Below the pieces are notes generated by a model. That model ran no database searches, had not been told where the DNA came from, and saw only the letters and a program-made list of their open reading frames with translations. Position numbers and translations under genes: made by a program. From Geopsychrobacteraceae bacterium (lineage in GTDB: Bacteria; Desulfobacterota; Desulfuromonadia; Desulfuromonadales; Geopsychrobacteraceae), in the NCBI GenBank assembly GCA_963662315.1, contig OY759353.1, positions 2,240,001-2,304,000 on the forward strand: DNA of 64,000 nucleotides, written 5' to 3'. Each line of letters begins with the position of its first letter. Position 1 is the stretch's first letter. Below are positions 1 to 10,154 of this stretch, one piece after another.

Positions 1-375
1 GGTACGCCGCGGACAAATCACTTCGATATGGCGAAGTAACAGCGGATGGCGTTGATATTTCAAGCCTTGGCGATAAACCTGCAACGCTTTCTGGTCTTTT
101 CCCAGGGACAGATAGACACGCCCCAGATTCAGATAGATCAACGGGTGGGTACCATCCTTGTGTACGGCCCGCAGCGCCATATTGATCGCTTTGGCTCCTT
201 TACGCTGTTCCCGGGCCAAGCATAAAGCCAGGTAGGAACTCGCCAGGGGCGATAGATCCTGTTCCCGGACATCATTTAATAAGCGTAATGCCAAAGGGAA
301 ATTTCCCCCTTCAACAGCTTCAATCCCCTGGCGGATCCAGGACGCATAACTTTGCTGGTATTCCAATTCGTTCAT
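1..375 (-). CDS. TPR-repeat protein, runs off the window start (partial)
   Basis: Manual translation from ATG at 375 (GGGGGG RBS-like run upstream): MNELEYQQSYASWIRQGIEAVEGGNFPLALRLL...HPLIYLNLGRVYLSLGKDQKALQVYRQGLKY, a TPR-like helix pattern; not in the ORF track because it is open at the edge. Confidence 0.7.
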   Translation of the reverse strand, partial: MNELEYQQSYASWIRQGIEAVEGGNFPLALRLLNDVREQDLSPLASSYLALCLAREQRKGAKAINMALRAVHKDGTHPLIYLNLGRVYLSLGKDQKALQVYRQGLKYQRHPLLLRHIEVICPRRT

Positions 376-533
376 ATCCCCCCCTATAAACTTTTAATTT
401 AACTTCTGTCCTATGCTAGGAAACCAGCAAGAACATTGTTTAAGCTTCCATTTTTCTATAAATCGATTTTAACCATTTTTGGCAGCACTTCAAGCTTTCA
501 ATTGTTTCTTTGCTGTGGCACCTCAGCATTTCC

Positions 534-562
534 TTGACGCTGTAAATCAGCAACTCTATATT
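534..562 (+). promoter_or_regulatory. Putative sigma70 promoter of dnaJ-like gene
   Basis: TTGACG-N17-TATATT upstream of the ATG at 598. Confidence 0.55.
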
Positions 563-597
563 TAAACCGCTAAACCCAATCAGGAGAATTAAAGGAA

Positions 598-1473
598 ATG
601 GCTCAGGACTACTATCAGACTCTCGGCGTTGATCGCAACGCCGATGCGGCAACCATAAAGAAAGCTTACCGCAAACTTGCCCAGCAATATCATCCCGACA
701 AAAATCCCGGGGACAAAGGGGCTGAAGATAAATTCAAACAGATCACCGAAGCGTACGCGGTGTTGTCTGATACGGAAAAACGCCGCCAATATGACCAGTT
801 TGGAGCAGCAGGATTTCAGCAGCGCTTCTCACAGGAAGATATATTCCGCAACGTGAATATGGGTGATATTTTCGGAAACGGCTTCGGCGGTGAAGATCTG
901 TTCAGTCAGCTGTTTGGCGGTGGTGCCCGCAGCCACCGGCGACCGCGCCCAAGTAAAGGGCAGGATTACACGATGCAGATCAGCATCCCGTTTCAGATTG
1001 CCATCAAAGGTGGTGAGCGGCGCATAGATTATCGCAACGAAGGGCGCGTTGAGCAGATCAAGGTCAAAATTCCGGCTGGTATCGAAGCGGGAAGCAAACT
1101 GCGGGTGCCTGGCAAAGGCGGCCCTAACCCTATGGGCGGCCCGGCTGGCGATCTGTTTTTGAATATCGCCATTGACCCCGATCCCATTTTCAGTCGTGAA
1201 GGACGGGATATTCTGGTCAGGGTTGAGATCCCGTTCAGTGGAGCATGCCTGGGAACCACCGTTGATGTGCCAACCCTGGACAGTCCGAAACGAATTAAAG
1301 TTCCGGCAGGGATTCAACCGGGGCAGAAAATCCGCTTACGCGGCTACGGTGTTGCTGCGACAAAATCACTGGCGGCTGGAGACCTGTACGCCGTCATTGA
1401 AGTTGCTGTGCCGAAAAATCCGACCACAGAACAACTGGAACTGCTTCAGCAGTTGAAAGAAGCCGGGCTGTAG
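598..1473 (+). CDS. DnaJ-class (type II, CbpA-like) co-chaperone
   Basis: J-domain with HPD motif (YHPDKN), G/F-rich linker, DnaJ C-terminal domain, no zinc finger. Confidence 0.92.
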   Translation: MAQDYYQTLGVDRNADAATIKKAYRKLAQQYHPDKNPGDKGAEDKFKQITEAYAVLSDTEKRRQYDQFGAAGFQQRFSQEDIFRNVNMGDIFGNGFGGEDLFSQLFGGGARSHRRPRPSKGQDYTMQISIPFQIAIKGGERRIDYRNEGRVEQIKVKIPAGIEAGSKLRVPGKGGPNPMGGPAGDLFLNIAIDPDPIFSREGRDILVRVEIPFSGACLGTTVDVPTLDSPKRIKVPAGIQPGQKIRLRGYGVAATKSLAAGDLYAVIEVAVPKNPTTEQLELLQQLKEAGL

Positions 1474-1660
1474 ATTTTTCACTAGGAGATAAAACACACT
1501 TTGGAATAATATATCCATCGGCATTTACGGAAAATCATATAATTCCAAAGTATGCCCTTCGGGAAGGAAGGCATCTGCCTCCCAGGTACAGTTGAATAAG
1601 TTTTCTGATCGGGAAAATCTGTTCCAGGATGATAACACAACGACTGAGGCTGAACTGGTT

Positions 1661-2095
1661 ATGACAGAAAGACATAAGCGAACCCATATACAGCTAACCC
1701 TGCTGCTGTCAGTATTTTTTGTGCTGGTGGGTTTTCTTGCTCATGCAGGTGCCTGTCTATACCCGGAAACGACATGTGACGGCATTGCACAGATTAATAG
1801 TTGCCATAGTATTATGGCGGTCAAGACACCGTGCCCCAAAACCTGCTGCAAAAGCGAAGCCTGCCATACGACCACACCGGCCTCGCGAGATCTTGGTGGA
1901 CCTGCGTACCACACCGAACAGAACGCTTCGCATCCGATTGTCCACGACCCACGGACCCAGGTTCCGCTCTGCCGTATAGCTCCCAGTGTCCCGCAATCCC
2001 TCCCGACACAGCCAACAGTTGTGTCCGGGCAGCACTTTGTTTCCCTGCCAAATAAAACCTTGAACAACCTGAAAACTGTTATTCTCAGACATTGA
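1661..2095 (+). CDS. Small Cys/His-rich protein with N-terminal hydrophobic segment, unknown function
   Basis: ATG at 1661 within ORF 1592..2095; hydrophobic stretch LTLLLSVFFVLVGFLAHA followed by a Cys/His cluster; co-directional with resB. Confidence 0.55.
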   Translation: MTERHKRTHIQLTLLLSVFFVLVGFLAHAGACLYPETTCDGIAQINSCHSIMAVKTPCPKTCCKSEACHTTTPASRDLGGPAYHTEQNASHPIVHDPRTQVPLCRIAPSVPQSLPTQPTVVSGQHFVSLPNKTLNNLKTVILRH

Positions 2096-2199
2096 GAGAC
2101 TCCTGAACATTGGTTGACCATGCCATCCCTACTGGCTTTATTGACCAAATCTGTCATAATTTCGAAAGACATCTACCTTATGTTTAGGAGACAACACAA

Positions 2200-3579
2200 T
2201 TGACAACTCAAAAAAAAGACCTGACGGAGCGTACCTGGGACTTTTTTTGCTCCCTTAAGCTGACCATCATTCTGCTGTTGCTGTTAGCTGTCACCTCGAT
2301 CATCGGTACAGTTATTCAGCAGAACGCGCCTGCCGCTGACTATATCCGTGAATACGGACAAAGTAATTACGAGCTGTTCAAGGCCCTGCAGTTTACTGAC
2401 ATGTACCACTCCACCTGGTTTATCGGCATTCTGGCCCTATTCAGTGTGAACCTGATCTGCTGCTCAATAAAGAACTTCCCCCGCGTGTGGAAGTTTGTCA
2501 AAGAACCCACTCTGGTTCCAGGGGACGGGCTATTAAAAAACATGACCAATCGTGGCGATGTCACCAGTAAAAAAAGCAAAGAGGAACTGGTCGGACCACT
2601 CACGACATTTTTATCAAAAGAATTTGCCAAGCCGGTGAAGACTGAAAAGGATGGCAATATTTATCTCTTTGCCCAAAAGGGGATCTATTCCCGCTTCGGG
2701 GCCTATGTTACTCACCTGTCGATTCTCATCGTTATGGCCGGCGCCATCATCGGTAATATCTGGGGCTATAAAGCCTGGGTCAACATTGTTGAAGGCACCT
2801 CGATCGATACGGTCCAGTCACGTAGCGGTGGCACTATTCCCTTGGGTTTTACCGTCCGCTGTGATGATTTCGACGTAAGTTATTATCCCAACAGTATGCG
2901 TCCGAAAGATTACAACAGCGATCTGGTTATCCTGGAAAATGGCCAGGAAATCCTCAGAAAAACCATAGAGGTTAACGATCCACTGACCTACAAGGGGATA
3001 ACTTTCTACCAATCCAGTTACGGCGCAGCAGGAACCGCGCGCTTTAAAGTCAAAGTCAAAAATAATGACAGCGGCGACAGCATGGAAATCATTGCTGATC
3101 GTGGACAGCACATAAACCTGCCGGGCGGCTACGCGTTTGCCGTCACCGATTATACCGATAACGACCGTAATTTCGGTCCGGCGATTCAGCTTCACGTCAA
3201 CACCCCGGATGGTAAACATGGCAACCCCTTTGTGGTCTGGAAAAACTACCCGGAATTTGACGTTAAACGTGGCGGCGTATTCAGTTTCAGTCTGTTAACT
3301 ATCGACCAGCCTCAGTTTACCGGTCTGCAGGTCGCAAAAGACCCGGGAGTCAACATTGTCTGGGCGGGCTGCTTTCTGATGGTATTCGGCTCCTTGACCG
3401 CGTTTTTCTTTTCCCACAAACGGATCTGGATACGCCTGACTGAACAGAATGGGAAAACCACCGCGACAATCGCCGGCAATGCCCACCGTAACCAGCCCGG
3501 ATTTTCCCTGGCCTTTGAAGAGTTGCTGAGCAAATTTGAAACAACTGTTAAAAATGAATCCTCAACCAAGGAGGCTTAA
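2200..3579 (+). CDS. resB: Cytochrome c biogenesis protein ResB/CcsB (System II)
   Basis: FxSLKLTI..SIIGTVIQQ, YHSTWF, THLSIL, VNDPLTYKGITFYQSSY, KDPGV motifs; AGGAG RBS. Confidence 0.93.
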   Translation: MTTQKKDLTERTWDFFCSLKLTIILLLLLAVTSIIGTVIQQNAPAADYIREYGQSNYELFKALQFTDMYHSTWFIGILALFSVNLICCSIKNFPRVWKFVKEPTLVPGDGLLKNMTNRGDVTSKKSKEELVGPLTTFLSKEFAKPVKTEKDGNIYLFAQKGIYSRFGAYVTHLSILIVMAGAIIGNIWGYKAWVNIVEGTSIDTVQSRSGGTIPLGFTVRCDDFDVSYYPNSMRPKDYNSDLVILENGQEILRKTIEVNDPLTYKGITFYQSSYGAAGTARFKVKVKNNDSGDSMEIIADRGQHINLPGGYAFAVTDYTDNDRNFGPAIQLHVNTPDGKHGNPFVVWKNYPEFDVKRGGVFSFSLLTIDQPQFTGLQVAKDPGVNIVWAGCFLMVFGSLTAFFFSHKRIWIRLTEQNGKTTATIAGNAHRNQPGFSLAFEELLSKFETTVKNESSTKEA

Positions 3580-3582
3580 CTG

Positions 3583-4452
3583 ATGGATAGTGGTCAATTA
3601 TTCAACCTGACAACCGTTGCCTACTTTGCCGCAATGGTTCTGTTTTTCATTTACATTGCATCCAAAAACAAAACCATCGCCCTGACGGCAACCCTTGCAT
3701 CTCTAGCCGGTTTCTTAATTCAAACCTCAGCCCTGGGATTGCGCTGGTACGAATCTTATCAGATTCTTGGCGCCGATGGCCGCGCACCGCTGACCAACTT
3801 GTACGAATCGGTCGTCTTCTTTGCCTGGTCGACAGTGTTGATTTACCTGATCATCGACTGGAAATATAAGCAACGGGCCATTGGTGCCTTTGTGCTGCCG
3901 ATCGCCCTGTTCAGTATGACATGGGCCCAGTTCGATACCAGAATCATGCATGCCGAAATCGATCCGCTGGTCCCGGCCCTGCAGAGTAACTGGCTGACCT
4001 ATCACGTTATTACCTGCTTCCTTGGTTATGCCGGTTTTGCAGTGGCCTGCGGCGTATCGATCATGTATCTGTTGAAAATCGGCAAGGAAGAGAAACAACC
4101 GAAAAATGAACCTATGGGCGGTATCCTTGGCATGTTCCCCCCGACCCGGGTTCTGGACGATCTGAACTACAAAGCGATCATGGTCGGCTTTCCTCTATTA
4201 ACCCTGGGGATTATCACCGGTGCCGCCTGGGCCAACTATGCCTGGGGAACCTACTGGAGCTGGGATCCGAAAGAAACCTGGAGTCTGATTGTCTGGTTTG
4301 TCTACGCCGCATTCATCCATGCCCGCTTCACCCGGGGCTGGGTCGGACGCCGTGCCGCCTGGTTGTCAATTATCGGTTTTGCCGCAACCCTGTTCTGCTA
4401 TCTGGGAGTTAATCTGGTCCTGTCAGGACTGCACTCCTATGGCGGTTCATAA
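3583..4452 (+). CDS. resC: Cytochrome c biogenesis protein ResC/CcsA (heme lyase)
   Basis: WWD domain WANYAWGTYWSWDPKETWSLIVW and C-terminal SGLHSY. Confidence 0.95.
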   Translation: MDSGQLFNLTTVAYFAAMVLFFIYIASKNKTIALTATLASLAGFLIQTSALGLRWYESYQILGADGRAPLTNLYESVVFFAWSTVLIYLIIDWKYKQRAIGAFVLPIALFSMTWAQFDTRIMHAEIDPLVPALQSNWLTYHVITCFLGYAGFAVACGVSIMYLLKIGKEEKQPKNEPMGGILGMFPPTRVLDDLNYKAIMVGFPLLTLGIITGAAWANYAWGTYWSWDPKETWSLIVWFVYAAFIHARFTRGWVGRRAAWLSIIGFAATLFCYLGVNLVLSGLHSYGGS

Positions 4453-4477
4453 CCACAATTTGCAACCGCGATATTCA

Positions 4478-4516
4478 AACAAAAAGGCCGCCTCCCATGG
4501 AAGCGGCCTTTTTGTT
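4478..4516. terminator. Bidirectional intrinsic terminator between convergent resC and uxaA
   Basis: AACAAAAAGGCCGC-N11-GCGGCCTTTTTGTT. Confidence 0.8.
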
Positions 4517-4541
4517 CTGCCTTAGGTGATCCGGTCACACA

Positions 4542-6044
4542 CTACAAGGTCACCCCGGTCTTGAAGATGGCGATATCACGACTGTTACGTTGTTCCGCCG
4601 AAGTCAGCTCACCATTAATAATAGCAGCTATTTCTCTCAGGAAGTCACTCAACACCTGATCAGGATCAGCATTCGGGTCGGCCAGTACACCGGCATTAAA
4701 ATCGATCCAATTAGCCTTCTTTTCAGCCAGAGCGCTATTGGTGGCGATTTTCACCGTCGGGATAAAACCACCTAACGGTGTGCCCCGCCCGGTTGAGAAC
4801 AGTACCAGCTGACAACCGGCGGCTCCCAGCGACGTGGTGGCGACAATATCGTTGCCGGGGGAGTAAAGCAGGTTGAGGCCTGGCTTGCTGACCCGCTCAT
4901 CAATTTTGATAACATCCACAACTGCCGACTTTCCCGCCTTGCGGGTACAGCCCAGGGATTTATCTTCAAGGGTGGTTATCCCCCCCTTTTTGTTCCCTGG
5001 AGACGGATTTTCATAAATCGGTTGCTCGTGGGCCAGGTAATAATCCTTAAAATCATTGATCATGGTTACGGTCTTGTCAAACACCTCCTGATTCATACAC
5101 TGCTCCATCAGAATGTGCTCCGCGCCAAACATTTCCGGTACCTCGGTTAATACTGTCGTTCCTCCCTGGCTGACCACATAATCAGAAACCCGTCCGATCA
5201 GCGGGTTGGCCGTCAATCCGGAAAAAGCATCACTGCCGCCACATTCCAGACCGATAACAATTTCGCTCCAGTGTCCCGGTTGGCGCCTATCTTGTGACGC
5301 CACAGCGTAAAGTTCTTCCAGCAATTCGACTCCGGCCTCTATTTCATCGCCAACATCCTGAGCAACCAGGTAACGAATACGCTCGGGATCAATAGCTTCC
5401 GGCAATGATTGACGAAAAGCATCGATCTGGTTGTTCTCGCACCCTAACCCCAGAATCAGCACCCCGCCACAGTTGGGATGCAGTGCGATATTCTGCAGCA
5501 TGGTCTTGGTGCGCTCATGGTCACCGCCAAGTTGTGAACAGCCATAGGGATGCGGGAAGTTAAAAATACCGTCAACTCCGCTACGATCTGCCATCGCGTT
5601 AAATGTTTTGATGATGTTGTCAGCGATTCCGTTGACACAACCCACCGTGGGGATGACCCACAGCTCATTACGGATGCCGACGCGTCCGTTGCTACGGCGA
5701 TAAATCTGCAATGGTATGGAGTCGGACCAAGCAAAATTCTCCCCGGCAGCAACCACCGGCTGATAACTGTATTCCTGCTTATCAGACAGTCCGGTTTTGA
5801 CATTATGAGTGTGAACATGACTCCCCTTGGCGATATCTTCACTGGCGATTCCTATGGACGCGCCATACTTGGTCACATGTTCACCCCTGGCGATATCGGT
5901 CAAGGCAATTTTATGTCCAACCGGAATGTCACTGACGACTGCAAACGACTCCATTCCGGCAACCTCAACGTCAGTACCGGATGACAGTTCGACGTAAGTA
6001 ACAGCAACATTATCAGCGTTGTCGATTCTGGATACTTTGATCAT
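4542..6044 (-). CDS. uxaA: Altronate dehydratase (UxaA)
   Basis: N-terminal SAF domain (GHKIAL..VHTHN), [37 protein letters not shown]-terminal IFKTGVTL. Confidence 0.93.
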   Translation of the reverse strand: MIKVSRIDNADNVAVTYVELSSGTDVEVAGMESFAVVSDIPVGHKIALTDIARGEHVTKYGASIGIASEDIAKGSHVHTHNVKTGLSDKQEYSYQPVVAAGENFAWSDSIPLQIYRRSNGRVGIRNELWVIPTVGCVNGIADNIIKTFNAMADRSGVDGIFNFPHPYGCSQLGGDHERTKTMLQNIALHPNCGGVLILGLGCENNQIDAFRQSLPEAIDPERIRYLVAQDVGDEIEAGVELLEELYAVASQDRRQPGHWSEIVIGLECGGSDAFSGLTANPLIGRVSDYVVSQGGTTVLTEVPEMFGAEHILMEQCMNQEVFDKTVTMINDFKDYYLAHEQPIYENPSPGNKKGGITTLEDKSLGCTRKAGKSAVVDVIKIDERVSKPGLNLLYSPGNDIVATTSLGAAGCQLVLFSTGRGTPLGGFIPTVKIATNSALAEKKANWIDFNAGVLADPNADPDQVLSDFLREIAAIINGELTSAEQRNSRDIAIFKTGVTL

Positions 6045-7504
6045 CAGAGCACCTCCGTAAGTGTCTCCCGCATGCCTTTTCCGGTAATGCTGACAATATA
6101 CTCAGCAACCTGGTCAGCCAGACCATCGATCTTCAGCAGTTCCGCCTCCCAGTGCTGATCAAGACTTAAAACCTTATTAGCTATGGTCGTCGCGGTTGCC
6201 AGATCGACGGCACCCATTCCGGCCTCACCCCAGAGTTGCTGATACATAGCGAGGAAGGGCTGATCATCTTTGGTGACATAGCTCTGGCCGTTCAGTTCTC
6301 CGCGATAGAAACAGATCAGAGCTGCAAAGGCCAGGCTCATCAGCGGTGGGATTTCATTATTGTCAGCACAGTACTGCTTCAGTTGTGGCAGCAGTCGAGT
6401 GCGGAATTTGGTCATGGAGTTGAGGGAGATATCGAGCCATTTGTGCTTGATATAAGGATTTTTGAAACGACCGATAACGCTGTCCGCAAACGGTTTCAAT
6501 TCTTCAACCGGCAGCGGCAGGCAAGGAATGATTTCCTTATCAAGGAGCTTGGCAAGGAAATCTTCCAGCTGTGGATCGTTGGTAGCATCCTTGACGAATT
6601 CGATACCACACAACCAGGCAATCGGCATCAAAGCCGTATGGCAACCGTTAAGAATACCGACTTTACGCTGTTTGTAGGGTTTCAAATCGTCAACGATCTG
6701 AATATGCAAACCGCTATCAGCCAGTTTCAGTTCTTCACCGACCCACTGTGGAGCCTGAATAACAAACAGGTGGAAAAACTCTCCGGTGACCATAAAGCGG
6801 TCGTGGTAGCCCAGCTCTTCTTCAAGCTCAGCAACTTCATCGCGCGGATACCCGGTGACAATGCGGTCAACCAATGTCGAACAAAAAGTATTTGCTTCTT
6901 CAAGCCAGGTCTTGAACTCACTGGAGAGATTCCAAAGATCAGCATATTTGAAGACATACTCCTTGAGCAGTTCACCGTTGTAGTCGAGCAGCTCGCAGGG
7001 GAACAGCACCAGTCCCTTATCCTTGGCCCCACCAAAAGCGTTAAAACGCTCATAAAGGAAGCGGGTCAGCTTAGCCGGATAAGTAACCGCTGGTGCATCA
7101 TCACATTGATCGGAACTACTGAAGGCGATACCTGCTTCGGTAGTGTTACTGAAAACAAAGCGCAGCTCCGGGTTATGAGCCAACGCCAAAAACGCGTCGT
7201 AGTCCTTATAGATGGAAATTTCGCGGGTGACACTGGAGACGATGCGCTTTTCGTTACGCAGCTGATTCTCTTCATCATAACCACGCAGCAAAGTGGTATA
7301 GAGGCCACCCTGAACATTGAGAGACTCGGGCGTATCAGTATCAATAGGTCGCGCAACAACGATACCTGCGTTCAGCCCACATTTTTCATTGAGAATATCG
7401 ACCTGCCAGCCAATGAAGCAGCGCAGAAAATTCCCTTCCCCGATCTGCAGGATCCGCTCGGGGTAACTGGGCAGGTTCATGGTATTTCTATTTAACTCTT
7501 TCAT
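6044..7504 (-). CDS. uxaB: Tagaturonate reductase / altronate oxidoreductase (UxaB)
   Basis: ILQIGEGNFLR, SNTTEAGI, TLVDRIVTGYP, KVGILNGCHT, RFKNPYIKH; TGATG overlap with uxaA; ATG at 7504 follows GAGGA. Confidence 0.93.
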   Translation of the reverse strand: MKELNRNTMNLPSYPERILQIGEGNFLRCFIGWQVDILNEKCGLNAGIVVARPIDTDTPESLNVQGGLYTTLLRGYDEENQLRNEKRIVSSVTREISIYKDYDAFLALAHNPELRFVFSNTTEAGIAFSSSDQCDDAPAVTYPAKLTRFLYERFNAFGGAKDKGLVLFPCELLDYNGELLKEYVFKYADLWNLSSEFKTWLEEANTFCSTLVDRIVTGYPRDEVAELEEELGYHDRFMVTGEFFHLFVIQAPQWVGEELKLADSGLHIQIVDDLKPYKQRKVGILNGCHTALMPIAWLCGIEFVKDATNDPQLEDFLAKLLDKEIIPCLPLPVEELKPFADSVIGRFKNPYIKHKWLDISLNSMTKFRTRLLPQLKQYCADNNEIPPLMSLAFAALICFYRGELNGQSYVTKDDQPFLAMYQQLWGEAGMGAVDLATATTIANKVLSLDQHWEAELLKIDGLADQVAEYIVSITGKGMRETLTEVL

Positions 7505-7576
7505 AGACAAATCCTCTGACTAAACCAGTCATTTATGTAATAGGATCTATTTTCGTGAAAACCGACATACAGCTAT

Positions 7577-8860
7577 TTACCAAAGATTTCCGTTTTCATC
7601 GAAAGGGAATGGCTCAGGCTTACTTTCCACTGTTATTTGTGGATTAAGTCTTGCTTCCTCTAAATACGATTCTGACAATTGAATATGTTCAATATGTAAA
7701 CTATTTGGAATTCTTACAATCCGGGGAGCGGATTTATTAATTTCATTACAGGTTCGTACACAGACTTTAATGGCATCCCTGTCACTTTCCATGACAATTG
7801 GGATACGCACACCACCTAAAACCGTACAGGTAATAGCATTTGGGTACATTGAGGCGAAGTCCAGCTGGTTGAAAACCCGTTTAGTGGTTGCACTGGAATA
7901 TCCGAGCCCAATACCATTCCCATGCGTTTCAGGACTTAAATCCAAGACACACACTCTTTGCGCCTGGATCCCGCCTGTTGCATATGGAGAACAAAATGTT
8001 CCCGTGATGTTCGGATCCATCCCATCACCACTGAAATTTTTACCAATCTGATCAACAATAAGAACGTCGCAGGCATCCACCAAAATTCGCGGCATATTAG
8101 AAAAAGCTCGTTTCAATAGAAGAGGTTCCATTTCTTCTATCTCCTCAGAATTTACAGCAATAATTTCAGCAGTTTCGTCGTAGGCGTTTTCTATCGAGGC
8201 CACAGCAAACAGTATCGGGGCATTATGAAGAACAACACGCCCAAACATCGGGACAAACTTTGCCATATTTTTGAAACCAGCCTCATGGATGACTTCGGCA
8301 CCATATTGTTTACCCAGACCTATGGCCATCATTTTCATGATTCCACTTTCGTATGGTCCTCTAAATGCTGTATGTGGTTTGATTCTGCAATTGACGATAA
8401 TGCCATCGGCTTCTGCAGCATGTTTGTCAATAAAGACATCCATCCCCTCTTGATTGACACCTATTTTTGTTACTTCCATGGAAGAAACAATCGGGCAACC
8501 AACATAATCCTCCGTTATGCCATATTGCGCCAGTACTTCTCGCTGACCTTCTGCTGTTGCCCCACCGTGACTTCCCATTGCCGGAATAACAAAAGGATGT
8601 GCCTTCATGTTTTTAACAAAAGTCACAATACTTTTGATGATAAGAGCCTGATTAGCAATTCCACGCGATGAAGCGGTTATGCCAATCCGCATTCCAGGAA
8701 GAATTTTCCCAGCAAAGGACTGAGGACTTAACAAGTTATCAACGATATTGGGGATATCCTCTATATTTACCCTGGTTCGTGGAAAGGTTTGTCTCACCTT
8801 GAACATTCGGGGAAGAAACGTATCCGCAACCATATTCCGGACAAAAGGTCTTTCTATCAT
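7577..8860 (-). CDS. Lactate-racemase (LarA) superfamily / DUF2088-type protein, probable nickel-pincer-dependent 2-hydroxyacid epimerase
   Basis: TASSRGI, PAMGSHGG, RIKPHTAF, ESGIMKMMAIGLG, GAEVIH, GKNFSGDGMDPNITG; order resembles LarA Arg/His/His/Lys/His cofactor and catalytic residues. Confidence 0.78.
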   Translation of the reverse strand: MIERPFVRNMVADTFLPRMFKVRQTFPRTRVNIEDIPNIVDNLLSPQSFAGKILPGMRIGITASSRGIANQALIIKSIVTFVKNMKAHPFVIPAMGSHGGATAEGQREVLAQYGITEDYVGCPIVSSMEVTKIGVNQEGMDVFIDKHAAEADGIIVNCRIKPHTAFRGPYESGIMKMMAIGLGKQYGAEVIHEAGFKNMAKFVPMFGRVVLHNAPILFAVASIENAYDETAEIIAVNSEEIEEMEPLLLKRAFSNMPRILVDACDVLIVDQIGKNFSGDGMDPNITGTFCSPYATGGIQAQRVCVLDLSPETHGNGIGLGYSSATTKRVFNQLDFASMYPNAITCTVLGGVRIPIVMESDRDAIKVCVRTCNEINKSAPRIVRIPNSLHIEHIQLSESYLEEARLNPQITVESKPEPFPFDENGNLW

Positions 8861-8870
8861 TCTTGGCCAC

Positions 8871-10154
8871 CTAATAAATCAAATCGACAAGAAATGTTGT
8901 TAATGGTGGGAAATAAGTCAGGACGAGCATATCCACCAAAAACAACAGATAAAATGGGCGCGCTTCTTTGATAAAGGCTGTAGTGGAACATTTAGTCACT
9001 CCACAACAAACAAACATTAATGTCCCCATGGGAGGGGTAAAAGCGCCAATCGTACAGTTAAAAATATAAACCATTGCGAAATGGACAGGATCAACTCCAT
9101 AGGAGACAGCAACCGGCTGCAAGAGAGGGGCGAGAACAATCATAGAAGCATTCCCCTCGACAAACATTCCCACAGCAATCAAAAACACATTGGCCATGGC
9201 CAAAAACATGTACTTATTGTCGATAACCGAAATCATCCATTCTGAAAACTGCTGTGGAATTTGCTCTTTTGTTAATACCCATGAAAAAGCAGTTGCCGCA
9301 GCTATAATCAGCATGATGGAAGCAGTTGTGTTTACAGTTTCCTTACATCCCTCGAATATATTTTTCCAAGAAAGCTCCCGATAAAGGAGCCCTAGAAGCA
9401 ACGAATACACGATCGCGACAGCTCCAGATTCAGACGCAGTAAACACGCCAAGCCGCACTCCGCCAATGATTATAATGGGCAACAACATGGGCAGGAAGGC
9501 AACCTTGATAGCATCAAACTTTTCTCTTGCCGGAATTTTACTTGTCCGAGTCGGTAAATAGTTACGCTGCTTTGAAACATAGCGAACAAACACCATCAAA
9601 GTCACACTTAGAACAATGCCTGGTCCAATACCTGCGACAAATAACTTACCGATAGAAATATTATTGATAACACCGTAAATGATTAACCCAACTCCTGGAG
9701 GAATTAAGGGAACAATCATTCCCGATGCCGCGGTTACAACTGTGGAAAAGGGCTTTGAAAATCCCTTTCGCTCCATTTGAGGAACAAGCATTTTGCATTC
9801 CATGGCGGCATCAGCAAGACTAGAACCGCTTAATCCCCCCATGAGAGTGGATAGGAGCACATTCACTTGCGCTAAACCACCATACATCCGTGCCGTCAGG
9901 ACCTCACAGCAATGCATGATGCGTTTTGTCACCCCGGCATGGTTCATAAAAATGCCAGCACTGACAAAAAACGGAATCGCGAGTAAGGATAATCCTTCTG
10001 TTCCACTAATAACTTTTTGAGCAAAAATTATCGGATTAATTGATGAAGCAAAGAAATAAACAGCAGATGCAGCCAGAATGGAAATATATACAGGCACCTT
10101 TAGGAATAAAAGTACCAGGAGTATGATCCCACAGATAATTATAAGATTAGTCAT
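8871..10154 (-). CDS. TRAP transporter large permease (DctM)
   Basis: LLAIPFF, GGLSGSSLADAA, PLIPPG, GVDPVHF, FTPPMG; likely start ATG 10154. Confidence 0.92.
   Translation of the reverse strand: MTNLIIICGIILLVLLFLKVPVYISILAASAVYFFASSINPIIFAQKVISGTEGLSLLAIPFFVSAGIFMNHAGVTKRIMHCCEVLTARMYGGLAQVNVLLSTLMGGLSGSSLADAAMECKMLVPQMERKGFSKPFSTVVTAASGMIVPLIPPGVGLIIYGVINNISIGKLFVAGIGPGIVLSVTLMVFVRYVSKQRNYLPTRTSKIPAREKFDAIKVAFLPMLLPIIIIGGVRLGVFTASESGAVAIVYSLLLGLLYRELSWKNIFEGCKETVNTTASIMLIIAAATAFSWVLTKEQIPQQFSEWMISVIDNKYMFLAMANVFLIAVGMFVEGNASMIVLAPLLQPVAVSYGVDPVHFAMVYIFNCTIGAFTPPMGTLMFVCCGVTKCSTTAFIKEARPFYLLFLVDMLVLTYFPPLTTFLVDLIY

Noticed and set aside
6236..7495. 419-aa ORF antisense to uxaB
   Set aside because: Shadow frame of a well-supported gene; no recognisable motifs
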